From Candidatus Latescibacterota bacterium (GTDB taxonomy: Bacteria > Latescibacterota > UBA2968 > UBA8231), in the NCBI GenBank assembly GCA_965242865.1, contig CBDETK010000013.1, forward strand, positions 32,001 to 96,000: a stretch of 64,000 nucleotides of DNA. Reading direction: 5' to 3'. Under the pieces are notes generated by a model, which saw only the letters and a list, made by a program, of their open reading frames with translations, made no database searches and was not told where the DNA came from. Shown here one piece after another: positions 1 through 9,757 of this stretch. The translations under genes were made by a program, and so were the position numbers. The stretch's first letter is position 1. Every line of letters starts with the position of its first letter.

Positions 1-1
1 G

Positions 2-910
2 CTCCGCAAGGAGCGGACGCGCGAGAAGGAAGAAGAGGAGTTTGAACGCCTCCTCCTGCGCTACGACGCGCACAAAGATCCAGCGGGTGAGGCCGTTTTG
101 CTCCGGCACTCAGACCAGCCTCTGACAGCGGCCGAGCAGAGCCATCCCCTGTACGTATATGAGGGCGGCACCATCAGCGTCGCCGAGGGGTTGGGCAGCC
201 TGCAGGCCGTCGGCGCCGAGGGCCTATTGCCGGGCGAGGCGGTCGAGCGCATTGGGCGGTTGCTGCTGCCGGTGCGGCTTTTTGCGGCCGAGGCGCGCCA
301 GCGCGGCTGGACCGAAGAGGCGGCCTTTGTCGAGTGGCGCGCCCACCAGCGTCGGGCACTGATCCTCGATCAGGTCTTCCAACGGGCCACGGCCGGGGCC
401 GCGCCCAGCGAAGACGAGATCAGGGCGCATTACGAGGCCCACCAGGACCGCTACCGCACCCAAGAGGCCGTGGTCGTCCGCGAGTTGTGGACCGCTGAAC
501 GAGCAGCGGCCGCGGCTTTGCGCGCCGAGTGGGAGGCCGGCGCGTCCATCGCCGACTTGCTCGACCGGCCCGGAGTGCGCTCGCATTTTGGCGTTAAAGG
601 GCACGGGGTGCGCGAGCACGGCTGGGAGACGCGCCTGCTGCGCCTGTACGAGCCGCGCTATCCCGAGCTGGTGCGAGCGGCCTTTGCCGCTGAGGTGGGG
701 CCACTCGTCGGCCCGCTGGAGAGCATGGATGGGTACGCGGTGTTCCGGGTGCTGCGGCGCGAGGGCGGCCAAATCCAGCCCTTTGCCGAAGCCCGCCGCC
801 GGGTGGCCGCCAGCCTGCGCCGCCAGCGAGAAAACGAACAGATCGGCGCATTCATCCGCCAATTGCAGAACCAGTACAAAGACCAAGTGGCCATTTTCGC
901 AGATTGGTAG
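2..910 (+). CDS. Peptidyl-prolyl cis-trans isomerase/SurA-PrsA-like chaperone, 5' truncated by window edge
   Basis: Frame is open from position 2. It contains PSEDEIRAHYEAH, 'GPLVGPLESMDGYAVFRVL' and 'PFAEARRRV' motifs typical of PpiC/rotamase-2 chaperones. Confidence 0.8.
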   Translation, partial: LRKERTREKEEEEFERLLLRYDAHKDPAGEAVLLRHSDQPLTAAEQSHPLYVYEGGTISVAEGLGSLQAVGAEGLLPGEAVERIGRLLLPVRLFAAEARQRGWTEEAAFVEWRAHQRRALILDQVFQRATAGAAPSEDEIRAHYEAHQDRYRTQEAVVVRELWTAERAAAAALRAEWEAGASIADLLDRPGVRSHFGVKGHGVREHGWETRLLRLYEPRYPELVRAAFAAEVGPLVGPLESMDGYAVFRVLRREGGQIQPFAEARRRVAASLRRQRENEQIGAFIRQLQNQYKDQVAIFADW

Positions 911-1140
911 GGATGCCCCCCTTGTGGGCATCCGCCGAACGGATAATACGCGATGTTGCCGGTACTGCGGCAATGTAGGGACGCCCTTGTGGGCATCCGC
1001 CAGAAATACGCGATGTAGGGATGCCCCCCTTGTGGGCATCCGCCGGAAATACGCGATGCAGGGACGCCCCTTGTGGGCATCCGCCGGAAATACGCGCTGT
1101 AGGGATGCTTGTAGGCGTCCGTAGAACGGATAGTACGCAG
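907..1140. repeat. Cluster of 5 GTAG-type REP-like palindromes (~40-43 bp units)
   Basis: Units GTAGGGATGCCC..TTGTGGGCATCCGCC start at 907, 975, 1015, 1058 and 1099. Each has an internal hairpin GGATGCCC/GGGCATCC, and the linkers are nearly identical. Confidence 0.85.
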
Positions 1141-1180
1141 CCTGTGGCGGCGCGTTGGCCTTTCGCAGAGGAGCTCACCC

Positions 1181-1903
1181 ATGAATCTACTGCTTTTCGT
1201 CGCGCTCTCCCTCGCCTTTGTCGGTCCTTCCTTGGCGGTTGACGAAGCCGTTGAAGAGCGGGCCGCAACCGGCTTCAACCGGCCTAAGACGCCGGGAAAC
1301 GCAGCTCTCCGCTCCGTTGAGAAGTGGACGCTTCCATCCCTAGGAGACGACCGTTTCCTCGGGAATTTCTCCCACAGCCAAGCGAACTTCGCCAAGGGCC
1401 TCGCCGCAACAACACCGGCCGCCTCGTCTGGCAAGCTAGGGCCTACTGGTCGGGTTGCTCTCAAGGTACTCGGCGGCACCGTTGCGGGCATAGGTTCTGC
1501 TCTCGCGGCTATTTATCTTCTTCTTGCGACTTCCGACTGGTGTGGTGAGGACTGGTGCTCAGAAGAGCAGGACGAAGAGAGCTTGGAAGAGAGCTTGGCA
1601 GGAGGAGTGATACTATTGTCTTTTCCGGCAGGCATAGCGGTCGGCGTGAGTGCATTCGATCGGGACGACCGATTCATCTATCCGCTGGCCGCAAGCGTGT
1701 TGGGCTTTGGAGCAGGAGTTGCGATCGACATGGCAATAGCAAAGGGTGGCCTCTTTGTGGGAGCTATGGGGTGGTTACCCCTCATCGCGGCAACCGTTGC
1801 GTCCGAGAGGTCTCGCGAGCAGCCTGAGTCTCGCCGATACTTGATTGGCTTGCGGCCGGAACCGGGCAGGGGATTGTCTGCGGTCGCCGCGTTGCGATTC
1901 TAA
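1181..1903 (+). CDS. Hypothetical exported/membrane protein
   Basis: GAGGAG RBS, signal-peptide-like N-terminus, several Gly/Ala-rich hydrophobic helices and a C-terminal ...AVAALRF. Codon usage is less GC3-biased than the neighbours. Confidence 0.7.
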   Translation: MNLLLFVALSLAFVGPSLAVDEAVEERAATGFNRPKTPGNAALRSVEKWTLPSLGDDRFLGNFSHSQANFAKGLAATTPAASSGKLGPTGRVALKVLGGTVAGIGSALAAIYLLLATSDWCGEDWCSEEQDEESLEESLAGGVILLSFPAGIAVGVSAFDRDDRFIYPLAASVLGFGAGVAIDMAIAKGGLFVGAMGWLPLIAATVASERSREQPESRRYLIGLRPEPGRGLSAVAALRF

Positions 1904-2000
1904 TTTGTGGACATCTTTGTGGACATCCGCCGCGATGCAATGTAGCATCCGCTTGTAGGCATCCGCCGAAAGGTTTACAAAAGAACGGATAGTACGCAAT
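1904..2000. repeat. Degenerate REP-like copies matching the 907-1140 cluster
   Basis: TTGTGGACATCCGCC, GCTTGTAGGCATCCGCC and AGAACGGATAGTACGCA (1982-1998, identical to 1123-1139). Confidence 0.7.
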
Positions 2001-2050
2001 TTTTCCATCCACTCATGCAGCTCATGCGGCACGAGGGAGATCGCCAAACC

Positions 2051-5000
2051 ATGAAAAGCTCCGCCGTGCAAATTCTCGTCGGCCTAGTGCTGAGTTGGGC
2101 ATGGGCCGAGGCCCAGTCGGGCTATCAGATCGCCGGGGACGAAGTCGTCGTCGAGCGGGCCAGCCACTGGCAGCAGTGGTCCATTCCCACCCATCTGGCG
2201 CGCATCCACGAGGACGGCTCGGTGCGGGCACACGAGCTGCGCACGGTCTTCAACGTCCTAGCCGATCCCGAGTTCAGGCGTCCAATCGTCATCAGCAAGC
2301 CCGATCCGCGCATTGGCACGATCGACAGCACCATGCAGTTCGATGTGTTTGGCGAGCCGTTGCGGAATACGCTCGGCGAGTTGATCTTTGACTATTGGGT
2401 GCGGCCCGGCATCAGTCGGGTGGGGTCCAACCCACAACTCGCGGCCAACATTCTCGACGGCGACCCCACCACGTTTTGGGAGCCCGACCCGCGCGACCCC
2501 ATTGAGCAGTGGTGGATCGAGGTGGACTTGGGGCGGGTGGTGCCGGTGGAGCGGCTCAAGCTCCAGTTCGTGGATGAGTCGTTGGGGGATCCCTTCCTGC
2601 GCTTCATCCTGCTGCTGTCAGACCGGCAAAGCGCGCTGCTGCACGAGCCGAACAGCCGCATCGGCTTTGAGCTTTTCATCCCGCAAGACGCGCCCAACAC
2701 CACGCAGCGCACTTACATTTTCGAGAGCGAACACACCAGCCCCGAACTCCCCCCGGCCACGGGCGCGGTCAGCGACAAGCGCCTCGGGGAGAGCTTGCGC
2801 CGCTCGCCCGAGTGGACCGGGCGGAAGATCGAGACGATCCGCATCGTCATCACGAATACGCGCGGCGGCCGGGCCGAGCAGATTGCTCAGGAGGCGTGGG
2901 AGGCCCTGCCGGAAGCAGAGCGCGGGGACATCGTCTATTTTGCCCGCGACGTAGCCGGCCGCGAGGAACCTGTTGACGAGGCCACCTATCGAGCGATGGA
3001 GGCGCAGCGCCAAGGGCGGCGGGATTACTACCGCCGCGAGCTGCCGCGTCTAGCCGAGGTCGAAGCACACGGCTGGGGAGACAACTTGTCCGTCAACCTA
3101 ATTGAAAACGGCGGCTCGTACTCCCTGACAACCGATGGGACCAACACCCTGCTCTTGTTTGACGGCGACGCCGGCACCGGCTTTTCCCACCAGATTCGCA
3201 ACCCGAAAAACCCCACCGCCAACGTACTCACCATAGATATGGGGGGCGTGGTGCGCCTCGCTCAGATCCGCTTGGTGGGCACGAGCGAGCGCGGCTACAT
3301 CATGCGCGCCTCCACGGGCGAGCGCGATGCCCAAGGCAATCTCAAGTGGCAGCGCATCAGCCCGGCCGAGCGCGAGCGCAATGTCTTCAACGGCCACTTC
3401 CTCGACATCGCCGACATTCAAAACCCGCCCGTTCTGACCCGCTTCCTCGACATGATCACCATCGGCCACGTGCCGCCGGGATTTAGGGCCACCGGCCCCG
3501 GCGGCACCGGCCACATGAATCAGTTCTGGTCCGTGCATCAGGAGCTCATGCTACTCGCCGAGGGGGCGCCGGCCGAGGTGGTGCTGGAGTCGGATCTAAT
3601 CGAGTTGCCCGGGTTGGTGGCCTTGGGCGCGGTTCGCTGGGACGCGAGCACGCCCCCGGGCACGGACGTGGAGATCCGCACCCGCACCGGCGACCAGCTC
3701 TTGCAGCAGATCCGCTACTTCGACAAGATCGGCAACGAGAAGACCGCGGCTGAGTACAAGACGCTGGCCAGCTTTCTGAAGGGGCCTTCGGACACGACCG
3801 TGGTGGTGGGGCCGGGCTGGAGTCCGTGGAGCCAGCGCTACTTGCAGCCCGGGGACTTGGCCACCTCCCCGGGCCTGCGGCGCTTCATGCAAATTCAAGC
3901 GCGGCTCAAGAGCAGCAGCCAAAACGCACCGGCCCTGCACCGCATTGCGGTCGGGTTCCACCAGCCGGTAGCCCAGCGCCTGCGGGCCGAAGTGTGGCCG
4001 ACCGCGGCCGCGCCCGGGGTGCTCGACACCTTCGCGCTCTACGTGCAGCCCAACTTTTTGCAGCAGCCGGCCGCGGTGCGCAGCCCGGGCTTTGACCAAT
4101 TGGTCTTGCGCGCCGAGCCGGCCTTTGCGCTGAAGTTCGTGGATGCGGCCTTGGGCACTGAGGCCGAGTTGTTGGCCGAAACGCCGCTCGCGTGGGACGG
4201 TGAGGTCAACGTCCGCGCCGAGGGCGACTCCCTGTGGCTGGAATTTCCCCAGACCGTGCAGGGCGCTCCGGCCGAGGTGCTCGCGCCCGTGTACTATCGG
4301 TCGGTCGGCCCGGGCGACGAGGTGCCCACGGGCTTGGACCGCAACCCGTTGACCTTTACTTCGCACAGCCTCTTGCCAGCCGCCGAGCGGGGGGCCGTGC
4401 GCTACTTTCGCCGGCTGGCAACTGGCCGCTTGGCCGAGGTCGATGCGGCCGCGTACGACGCGCTCGGCGCGGACGAGCAAGGGCCGGTGCGCTACTTCCG
4501 CAAGGTGGTCGGGTTGGGCGATCAAGTGCCCTTTGACGCGGCCGGCGACAGCCTCGACCGGCAGAGCTACGGGCGGCTGGGCAGTCGGCGGGGTTGGGTG
4601 GTCGGGCGCGGCCGGCTGGTGCGGGTGCGCTTTGCTGGGCGGATCTACCTGCAAGGGACGCGGATGCAAGTAGCCGTGCGGCAGAGCCAACCCGCCACGC
4701 CTTGGCAGGGGGCCGACGGCGGCGACGCGACCGCCCTGAGTCCGGCCAAGGGCCTGTCCATTGGGGCGCAAGGAGCGCGGGCCACCATCGACGATATTGC
4801 CATCGCGCCCAATCCGTTTACCCCCAATGGCGACGGGATCAACGAAACCGCTGCAATCGGCTTTTCCCTCTTCCGAGTGCAGGCCATGCGGCCATTGACC
4901 ATCGAGCTATACACGCTGGCCGGGCGGCGCGTGCGCCAACTAACCGGGCGGGCGACCGGCGGGCCGCAGCAATTTAGGTGGGACGGCAAGGACGAGGCCG

Positions 5001-5107
5001 GGCAGGCCGTGCCGCCGGGGTTGTACTTGTGTCAGATCGCCGTGGCCGCCGATGCGGCCGGGGCCGGCGGGACGACCCGCACCCGCCTCATCGCGGTTGC
5101 CTATTAG
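2051..5107 (+). CDS. Large secreted protein with discoidin-like domain and C-terminal FlgD-Ig/TPNGDG domain (paralog A)
   Basis: Signal peptide MKSSAVQILVGLVLSWAWAEA; 'NILDGDPTTFW...WIEVDLG' discoidin-like motif; C-terminal PNPFTPNGDGINE...WDGKDEAGQAVPPGLY. Confidence 0.8.
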   Translation: MKSSAVQILVGLVLSWAWAEAQSGYQIAGDEVVVERASHWQQWSIPTHLARIHEDGSVRAHELRTVFNVLADPEFRRPIVISKPDPRIGTIDSTMQFDVFGEPLRNTLGELIFDYWVRPGISRVGSNPQLAANILDGDPTTFWEPDPRDPIEQWWIEVDLGRVVPVERLKLQFVDESLGDPFLRFILLLSDRQSALLHEPNSRIGFELFIPQDAPNTTQRTYIFESEHTSPELPPATGAVSDKRLGESLRRSPEWTGRKIETIRIVITNTRGGRAEQIAQEAWEALPEAERGDIVYFARDVAGREEPVDEATYRAMEAQRQGRRDYYRRELPRLAEVEAHGWGDNLSVNLIENGGSYSLTTDGTNTLLLFDGDAGTGFSHQIRNPKNPTANVLTIDMGGVVRLAQIRLVGTSERGYIMRASTGERDAQGNLKWQRISPAERERNVFNGHFLDIADIQNPPVLTRFLDMITIGHVPPGFRATGPGGTGHMNQFWSVHQELMLLAEGAPAEVVLESDLIELPGLVALGAVRWDASTPPGTDVEIRTRTGDQLLQQIRYFDKIGNEKTAAEYKTLASFLKGPSDTTVVVGPGWSPWSQRYLQPGDLATSPGLRRFMQIQARLKSSSQNAPALHRIAVGFHQPVAQRLRAEVWPTAAAPGVLDTFALYVQPNFLQQPAAVRSPGFDQLVLRAEPAFALKFVDAALGTEAELLAETPLAWDGEVNVRAEGDSLWLEFPQTVQGAPAEVLAPVYYRSVGPGDEVPTGLDRNPLTFTSHSLLPAAERGAVRYFRRLATGRLAEVDAAAYDALGADEQGPVRYFRKVVGLGDQVPFDAAGDSLDRQSYGRLGSRRGWVVGRGRLVRVRFAGRIYLQGTRMQVAVRQSQPATPWQGADGGDATALSPAKGLSIGAQGARATIDDIAIAPNPFTPNGDGINETAAIGFSLFRVQAMRPLTIELYTLAGRRVRQLTGRATGGPQQFRWDGKDEAGQAVPPGLYLCQIAVAADAAGAGGTTRTRLIAVAY

Positions 5108-5126
5108 CTGGCTAAAGGAGGTTGTC

Positions 5127-7790
5127 GTGAGACCAAAGACCGGATTGTATGGCGGTCTCCTAATTTTGTCGAGCGCGTTCGGGGCGTCAGCCGGGGCGCA
5201 GGAGTCGTACGGAACGCGCTTGGGCTTGCAGCTCGGCCACCAGACGAGCTTCGCGCCCCAAGGCCCTGGGGTGGCCCTCAACGCGCTTGACCCGGCCGTG
5301 CGGCGCTGGTACGTGCCGCAAGAGCTGTACAGCGAGTACCAATGGCGGCAGTGGGAATACACCAACTATGCGCGCACCCCTTATGAACGCTACGTAGAAA
5401 CGACCTTGGAGGGCGATTACTTCTACGATCTATACGGCAACTTCCTCACGCGCGGCTGGCTGATTTTCAACAACTCCCAGAGCCGGCCCCAGCAGTTCGG
5501 CAATGTGCTGTTCAAGTCCGCTCGCTTCCAGAGTTGGTTTTCCGAAGTCGTGGTGGCGCAAGACAACAAGGGCCAATACTTCTACACCTTGACGGCGAGC
5601 AGTCGCCTGCGCTCAGTGCTGTCGCCGATGGTGTTTGCCAAGGCCCGCATGGACGGCGTGCAGTTCGACCTCGCGACCGACCGCTACGAAGCCACCTTTT
5701 TGTTTTCGCGGTTGAGCAACCCCGGCGGCGGCTCGACCGGCGACCGCGAGGTTCTGCGGACGAACAACACCATCTTGGTGGGCGGGCGGTTGGGGGCGCA
5801 GCTCGGCGAGTTCGCAGAAGTCGCGCTGCACACGGCCAACGCCCACCAGTCGCACACCTTGCTCGACAAGCAGGCCGGCAACCCATTCGCTGGCTCCCTG
5901 ACCATCGGGCAAAACAAAACCATCTCGCTCATCAAGCTGGTGCTGCGCGACGACTCGCCCGAAGACGGCTTGGGTGGCGCGGCGTTTTTTCCCGATGCGT
6001 CGGACGTGCAGATCACCTACCGCGATGGCTCGCGGGAATCGGGCAAGGCCATTGGCTTTGAGCCGATCATCGAGGGAGGCTTCTTGCAGCAGGGCTTTGT
6101 CGCGGCCAACGGGCCGGAAGAGATGCGGCTCGTGTACGACTTTGACAGCCCGGCCTTTGTCGATCAGGCCCGCTTTGCCAAGGACGAAATCGCCAAGGTG
6201 GAATTCCTGCTGACGCTGGGCAACGACTACCAAGTGTGGATGACCTCGGACCGCCAGCTCAACCTCGACAGCCAAGAGGTCTTGCTGCTCGTCGCCCAAG
6301 CCGAAGGCAATGTCCAAGACATCACCAATTTGCAGACCATCCGCTTTGAGTACGGCCTGCCCACGGCCACCCACATCTTTGGCGGCAGCGTTGAGGTACA
6401 AGACCTGCGGGGCTTTGACCTATACGGCGAGTACGACCTGAGTTGGAGCTATCGCAAGTACCCCAACGCGCTGGAGGAGACCCACGAGGCGTTCGCTGGG
6501 ATCGGCGGTCGGCGGTCGGCCCCTGCTTGGATGGTGAACGTGTCTAAAAAGGCCGCCCCCTATTTTGCCTTTGGCGAGTTTTACAGCATGGACCCGCGCT
6601 ACAATACCCAGACCTTTGTCACCTCGGGCACCGGGGACTTCGATTACGACAACGAGCGCGGCTTGGTCGATTTGGTCGATGACAACGACGATCAGGACAA
6701 ATTCCCGGACAACGTGCGCTTCGACTTTCTCAGTGGCGATTTGCAAGTCTTTCCGGGTTGGGATCAAAACAACGACTTTGTGCCCGACTTCAACCAAAAC
6801 GATACGTTCGTGCGCTCCAATACCGAGCCGGACTACGAGGAAGCCTTTCTGCGATTTTACGTCGATCGGCCCGAATTTCTCTTTGGCGTCGATATGAACA
6901 ACAACTTTTGGGTCGATCAATACGAAAACGACGAGGAGCCGGATTATCCGTATCGCCGGGATCACCGGGGCTTTAACATCCACCTCGGCGCGGACCTCAC
7001 GCCGCGGGCGCGCTTGGTGGTGGGCGCGTTGCGCGAGGGGCTGATTTCCTCGGCGCGCAAAAACGAGAGCACCTACCTGATGTTCACATACGAGCGCGAT
7101 GCGCCGCGGCTGGGCCGCTTGCGGGTCTTTGAGATGAGCAAGCTGGTCGCAGACGACATTCCCAACCCCCTGTTGCAGTGGGCGCCGGACAACACGCTGC
7201 GCGGCGGCGAACTGACCAAGGTCGAGGACCCTCTGCTGGCGCGCGACACGTGGGTCAACCAGCTCTTTATCGGCCACCATTTGCAGGTGGCGTCGCTCTT
7301 TTTGACCACCAAAATGCACTGGCTCTACTTCCACCAGCGGCTGGAAAAGGCCCAGCGGCAGCAGTACGACTTGGCCCCTTCGGACTTCTTCTTCGGCCTG
7401 ATCAACAAGGCGAGCTACCGCTTCGAGCTCGGGGCGTGGTCTTTGGAGCCGCGCTGGAAGAGCGAGTTCCGCAAGCAGAGCCGCAGCCTGCTCGCGCTCA
7501 ACAGCCACACCAGCCTGATGGAGCTGTTTTCGGGGTTGGTGGAGACGCAGGTCTTGCAGGTGACCAAAATTCAGGCCGGCGTGGAGTACGCGATTTTCAA
7601 CGACTTTGACGCGGACGCCAACGACTTCAACGCGGTGACCGTAGCCATCCAGTTTAGCAATGAGTCCAACTACCTCGGCTACAAGCTCCGCGCCCTGACC
7701 GGCATGAAAATAGAGCGCAAGCAGTTCACCGGGCAGGAGGCGCGGACGACCAACGAATCCTTTGTGACGATTTACGCGGGGCTGAACTAA
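5127..7790 (+). CDS. Uncharacterised exported, putative outer-membrane beta-barrel protein (paralog 1)
   Basis: AAGGAGG RBS before GTG at 5127, signal peptide, amphipathic beta-strand pattern in the C-terminal part, Asp/Asn-rich DxNDD/DxNN motifs. Clearly homologous to 14969-17668. Confidence 0.7.
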   Translation: MRPKTGLYGGLLILSSAFGASAGAQESYGTRLGLQLGHQTSFAPQGPGVALNALDPAVRRWYVPQELYSEYQWRQWEYTNYARTPYERYVETTLEGDYFYDLYGNFLTRGWLIFNNSQSRPQQFGNVLFKSARFQSWFSEVVVAQDNKGQYFYTLTASSRLRSVLSPMVFAKARMDGVQFDLATDRYEATFLFSRLSNPGGGSTGDREVLRTNNTILVGGRLGAQLGEFAEVALHTANAHQSHTLLDKQAGNPFAGSLTIGQNKTISLIKLVLRDDSPEDGLGGAAFFPDASDVQITYRDGSRESGKAIGFEPIIEGGFLQQGFVAANGPEEMRLVYDFDSPAFVDQARFAKDEIAKVEFLLTLGNDYQVWMTSDRQLNLDSQEVLLLVAQAEGNVQDITNLQTIRFEYGLPTATHIFGGSVEVQDLRGFDLYGEYDLSWSYRKYPNALEETHEAFAGIGGRRSAPAWMVNVSKKAAPYFAFGEFYSMDPRYNTQTFVTSGTGDFDYDNERGLVDLVDDNDDQDKFPDNVRFDFLSGDLQVFPGWDQNNDFVPDFNQNDTFVRSNTEPDYEEAFLRFYVDRPEFLFGVDMNNNFWVDQYENDEEPDYPYRRDHRGFNIHLGADLTPRARLVVGALREGLISSARKNESTYLMFTYERDAPRLGRLRVFEMSKLVADDIPNPLLQWAPDNTLRGGELTKVEDPLLARDTWVNQLFIGHHLQVASLFLTTKMHWLYFHQRLEKAQRQQYDLAPSDFFFGLINKASYRFELGAWSLEPRWKSEFRKQSRSLLALNSHTSLMELFSGLVETQVLQVTKIQAGVEYAIFNDFDADANDFNAVTVAIQFSNESNYLGYKLRALTGMKIERKQFTGQEARTTNESFVTIYAGLN

Positions 7791-9757
7791 TGCGCCCCCT
7801 AGCCGTAGCGGGCGGCCTCGCGCTCGTCGCCTTGGCCCTGCGCTTGGCCTACTTGGACCAAGCCGAGCGGCATCCGCTGTTCTTGGTGCCCGTACAGGCC
7901 GAGACCCAAGCCCTGCTCTACGCGCAGTTCTTGGCGGCCCTAGACGACGCGCCCCGCGCTCGCTTGGTCCAAGCCATCCTCAGCGCCTTGAGTTGCGGCC
8001 TGCTGTGGCTGGTTGGCCGCGCTGTTTTCGGTCCAGCGATCGGGCTTGTCGCCGGCGCGGCCGCAGCCCTTTACGGCCCCATGATTTACTTTGCCGGCGA
8101 GCTGTCGTCGGCCACGGCGGTCGTCTTTTTTTGCCTACTCGCACTGTGGGCCTTCCGGTGGGCAGATGGAAGGCCAGCACTGTGGCGCTTCCTGCCGGGG
8201 GGGCTGTTCTTGGGCTTGGCCCTCGCTTGCGGCCTGCCATCCCCCGTATTAGGGCCGATCTTTTGCTTTGCCGCAGTCCGAGCGCGGCGGGACGGGCGGG
8301 CCTTGGCCTTTGCGTTCGCGGCCGGTGGCCTGCTGGCCGCGGCTTGTTGGTTCGGGGGGGCAAAGCCGCAGGTAACGGATGGGCGGTCCATTTTGCTCGG
8401 CCTGTATCACTTCTGGCACGGCGTTGAGTGGATGCCCAACGCCAACCCCTATTTTATGCGCGACAGCAGCGCATTGCTGGCCGCGCTGCTGTGGGAGCGG
8501 GGCTTGGCCTTCCCCTTTGGGATTGTCGCGCCCTTGGCGCTGGTGGGGATGGGATACCGGCTTTTTGCCACCCAGCGCTCGGGCACAGAAGACGCGCTCC
8601 TAGTCTTCGTGGCTTGGTCCATGGTAAGCATCCTATTCGTCGGCACCACGGCGGCCGTGCGGCTGCCCATCGCAGTCGTCCTGCTGATTTTCGCTGGGGT
8701 TGGCGCGGTTGAGTTGGTGCGGCGGTGGCGAGCCCCGTGGGGGGTGGCAGCCTTTGTGCCGCTGGTCATCGTCCTCAACGCCAACGCCGGCTTGCCCCAA
8801 GGCGCGCCACACTACTGGCTGGGGCATGCCTACCAAACGCTAGATCTGCCGGTTAGTGCCCTGCGCGAGTACCAACGCGCCGTTGAATTGGAACCTGATT
8901 TCTCCGCGCCGCATTACGCGCTCGGCGCCCTGTACGACGCCAGGGGCGAGCACGGCAAGGCCGCGGCGGCGTACCGCGCCCTGCTAGAGCGCTGGCCCGA
9001 GGCAACCCAAGCACGCGAGCGACTGGCCGCAAGCCACATCCGCGCCGGCCAGCCAGTCGCCGCCATTAGCCTTTACCAGACCCTGCTCGACCAAGGCGGT
9101 GACCCCGTTGCGTTGCTCGGTCGGCTGGGGGACGCGCAGTACCACAGCGGCGATGTGCCGGGCGCAGCGCAGTCGTACGAGCGGCTTTTGTCCCTGCGCC
9201 CAGACAGCAGCCGCGCTCAGTACCAGCTAGCGCAGCTGAGCCAAGCCGAGGGCCGGCTCGACGCGGCCCTGCAAGGGTACAGCGCGTTGCTCGGCCGCGA
9301 AGCGTACGCCCGGGACGCAGCCCTGCAACTCGCCGCGCTGCTCGTCGAAATCGACTATCAGCGCGGTGTGCTTGCCGAGGAGCGGGAAACGGGTTGGTGG
9401 CGCGAGGAAGGGCAGGTCGCGCCAGCGGCCCTACAAGCCGCCGAGGCCCGGTTGGTCGCCGCGCTCGCGGAAAACCCCGCTGCTGTCGCCGATTTGTGGG
9501 GGCTGGGCAAGCTGCTGTTCTGGCAGGGACGCTACCGCGAGGCCCTCGCCCGCATTGCCGCGTTGGCCGAGGCCACCCCGGAGGACTACCGGGTGCATTT
9601 CTTCCTGAGCAAGCTCCACGGCTTGCTCGGCGAGGAAGAAGCCGCTCGGGCCGCGTTTGCCCAGTACCAGCACCAAAAGCAGCGCACCCAAGTCGCCGCC
9701 CGCGTCCAAACCGAGCGGGACGTTTTGCTGAAACAACTGTCCGGGAAAATGCCATGA
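7790..9757 (+). CDS. Membrane GT-C-like (ArnT/PMT family) domain fused to TPR repeats
   Basis: Multi-TM N-terminal half (LVQAILSALSC..., ALYGPMIYFAGEL) followed by several TPRs (AHYALGALY, AQYQLAQL). Start overlaps the upstream stop. Confidence 0.75.
   Translation: MRPLAVAGGLALVALALRLAYLDQAERHPLFLVPVQAETQALLYAQFLAALDDAPRARLVQAILSALSCGLLWLVGRAVFGPAIGLVAGAAAALYGPMIYFAGELSSATAVVFFCLLALWAFRWADGRPALWRFLPGGLFLGLALACGLPSPVLGPIFCFAAVRARRDGRALAFAFAAGGLLAAACWFGGAKPQVTDGRSILLGLYHFWHGVEWMPNANPYFMRDSSALLAALLWERGLAFPFGIVAPLALVGMGYRLFATQRSGTEDALLVFVAWSMVSILFVGTTAAVRLPIAVVLLIFAGVGAVELVRRWRAPWGVAAFVPLVIVLNANAGLPQGAPHYWLGHAYQTLDLPVSALREYQRAVELEPDFSAPHYALGALYDARGEHGKAAAAYRALLERWPEATQARERLAASHIRAGQPVAAISLYQTLLDQGGDPVALLGRLGDAQYHSGDVPGAAQSYERLLSLRPDSSRAQYQLAQLSQAEGRLDAALQGYSALLGREAYARDAALQLAALLVEIDYQRGVLAEERETGWWREEGQVAPAALQAAEARLVAALAENPAAVADLWGLGKLLFWQGRYREALARIAALAEATPEDYRVHFFLSKLHGLLGEEEAARAAFAQYQHQKQRTQVAARVQTERDVLLKQLSGKMP

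Noticed and set aside
907-1140. Possible CRISPR array
   Set aside because: Linkers are short and near-identical rather than unique spacers, the repeats vary, and there are no cas genes. It fits a REP cluster.
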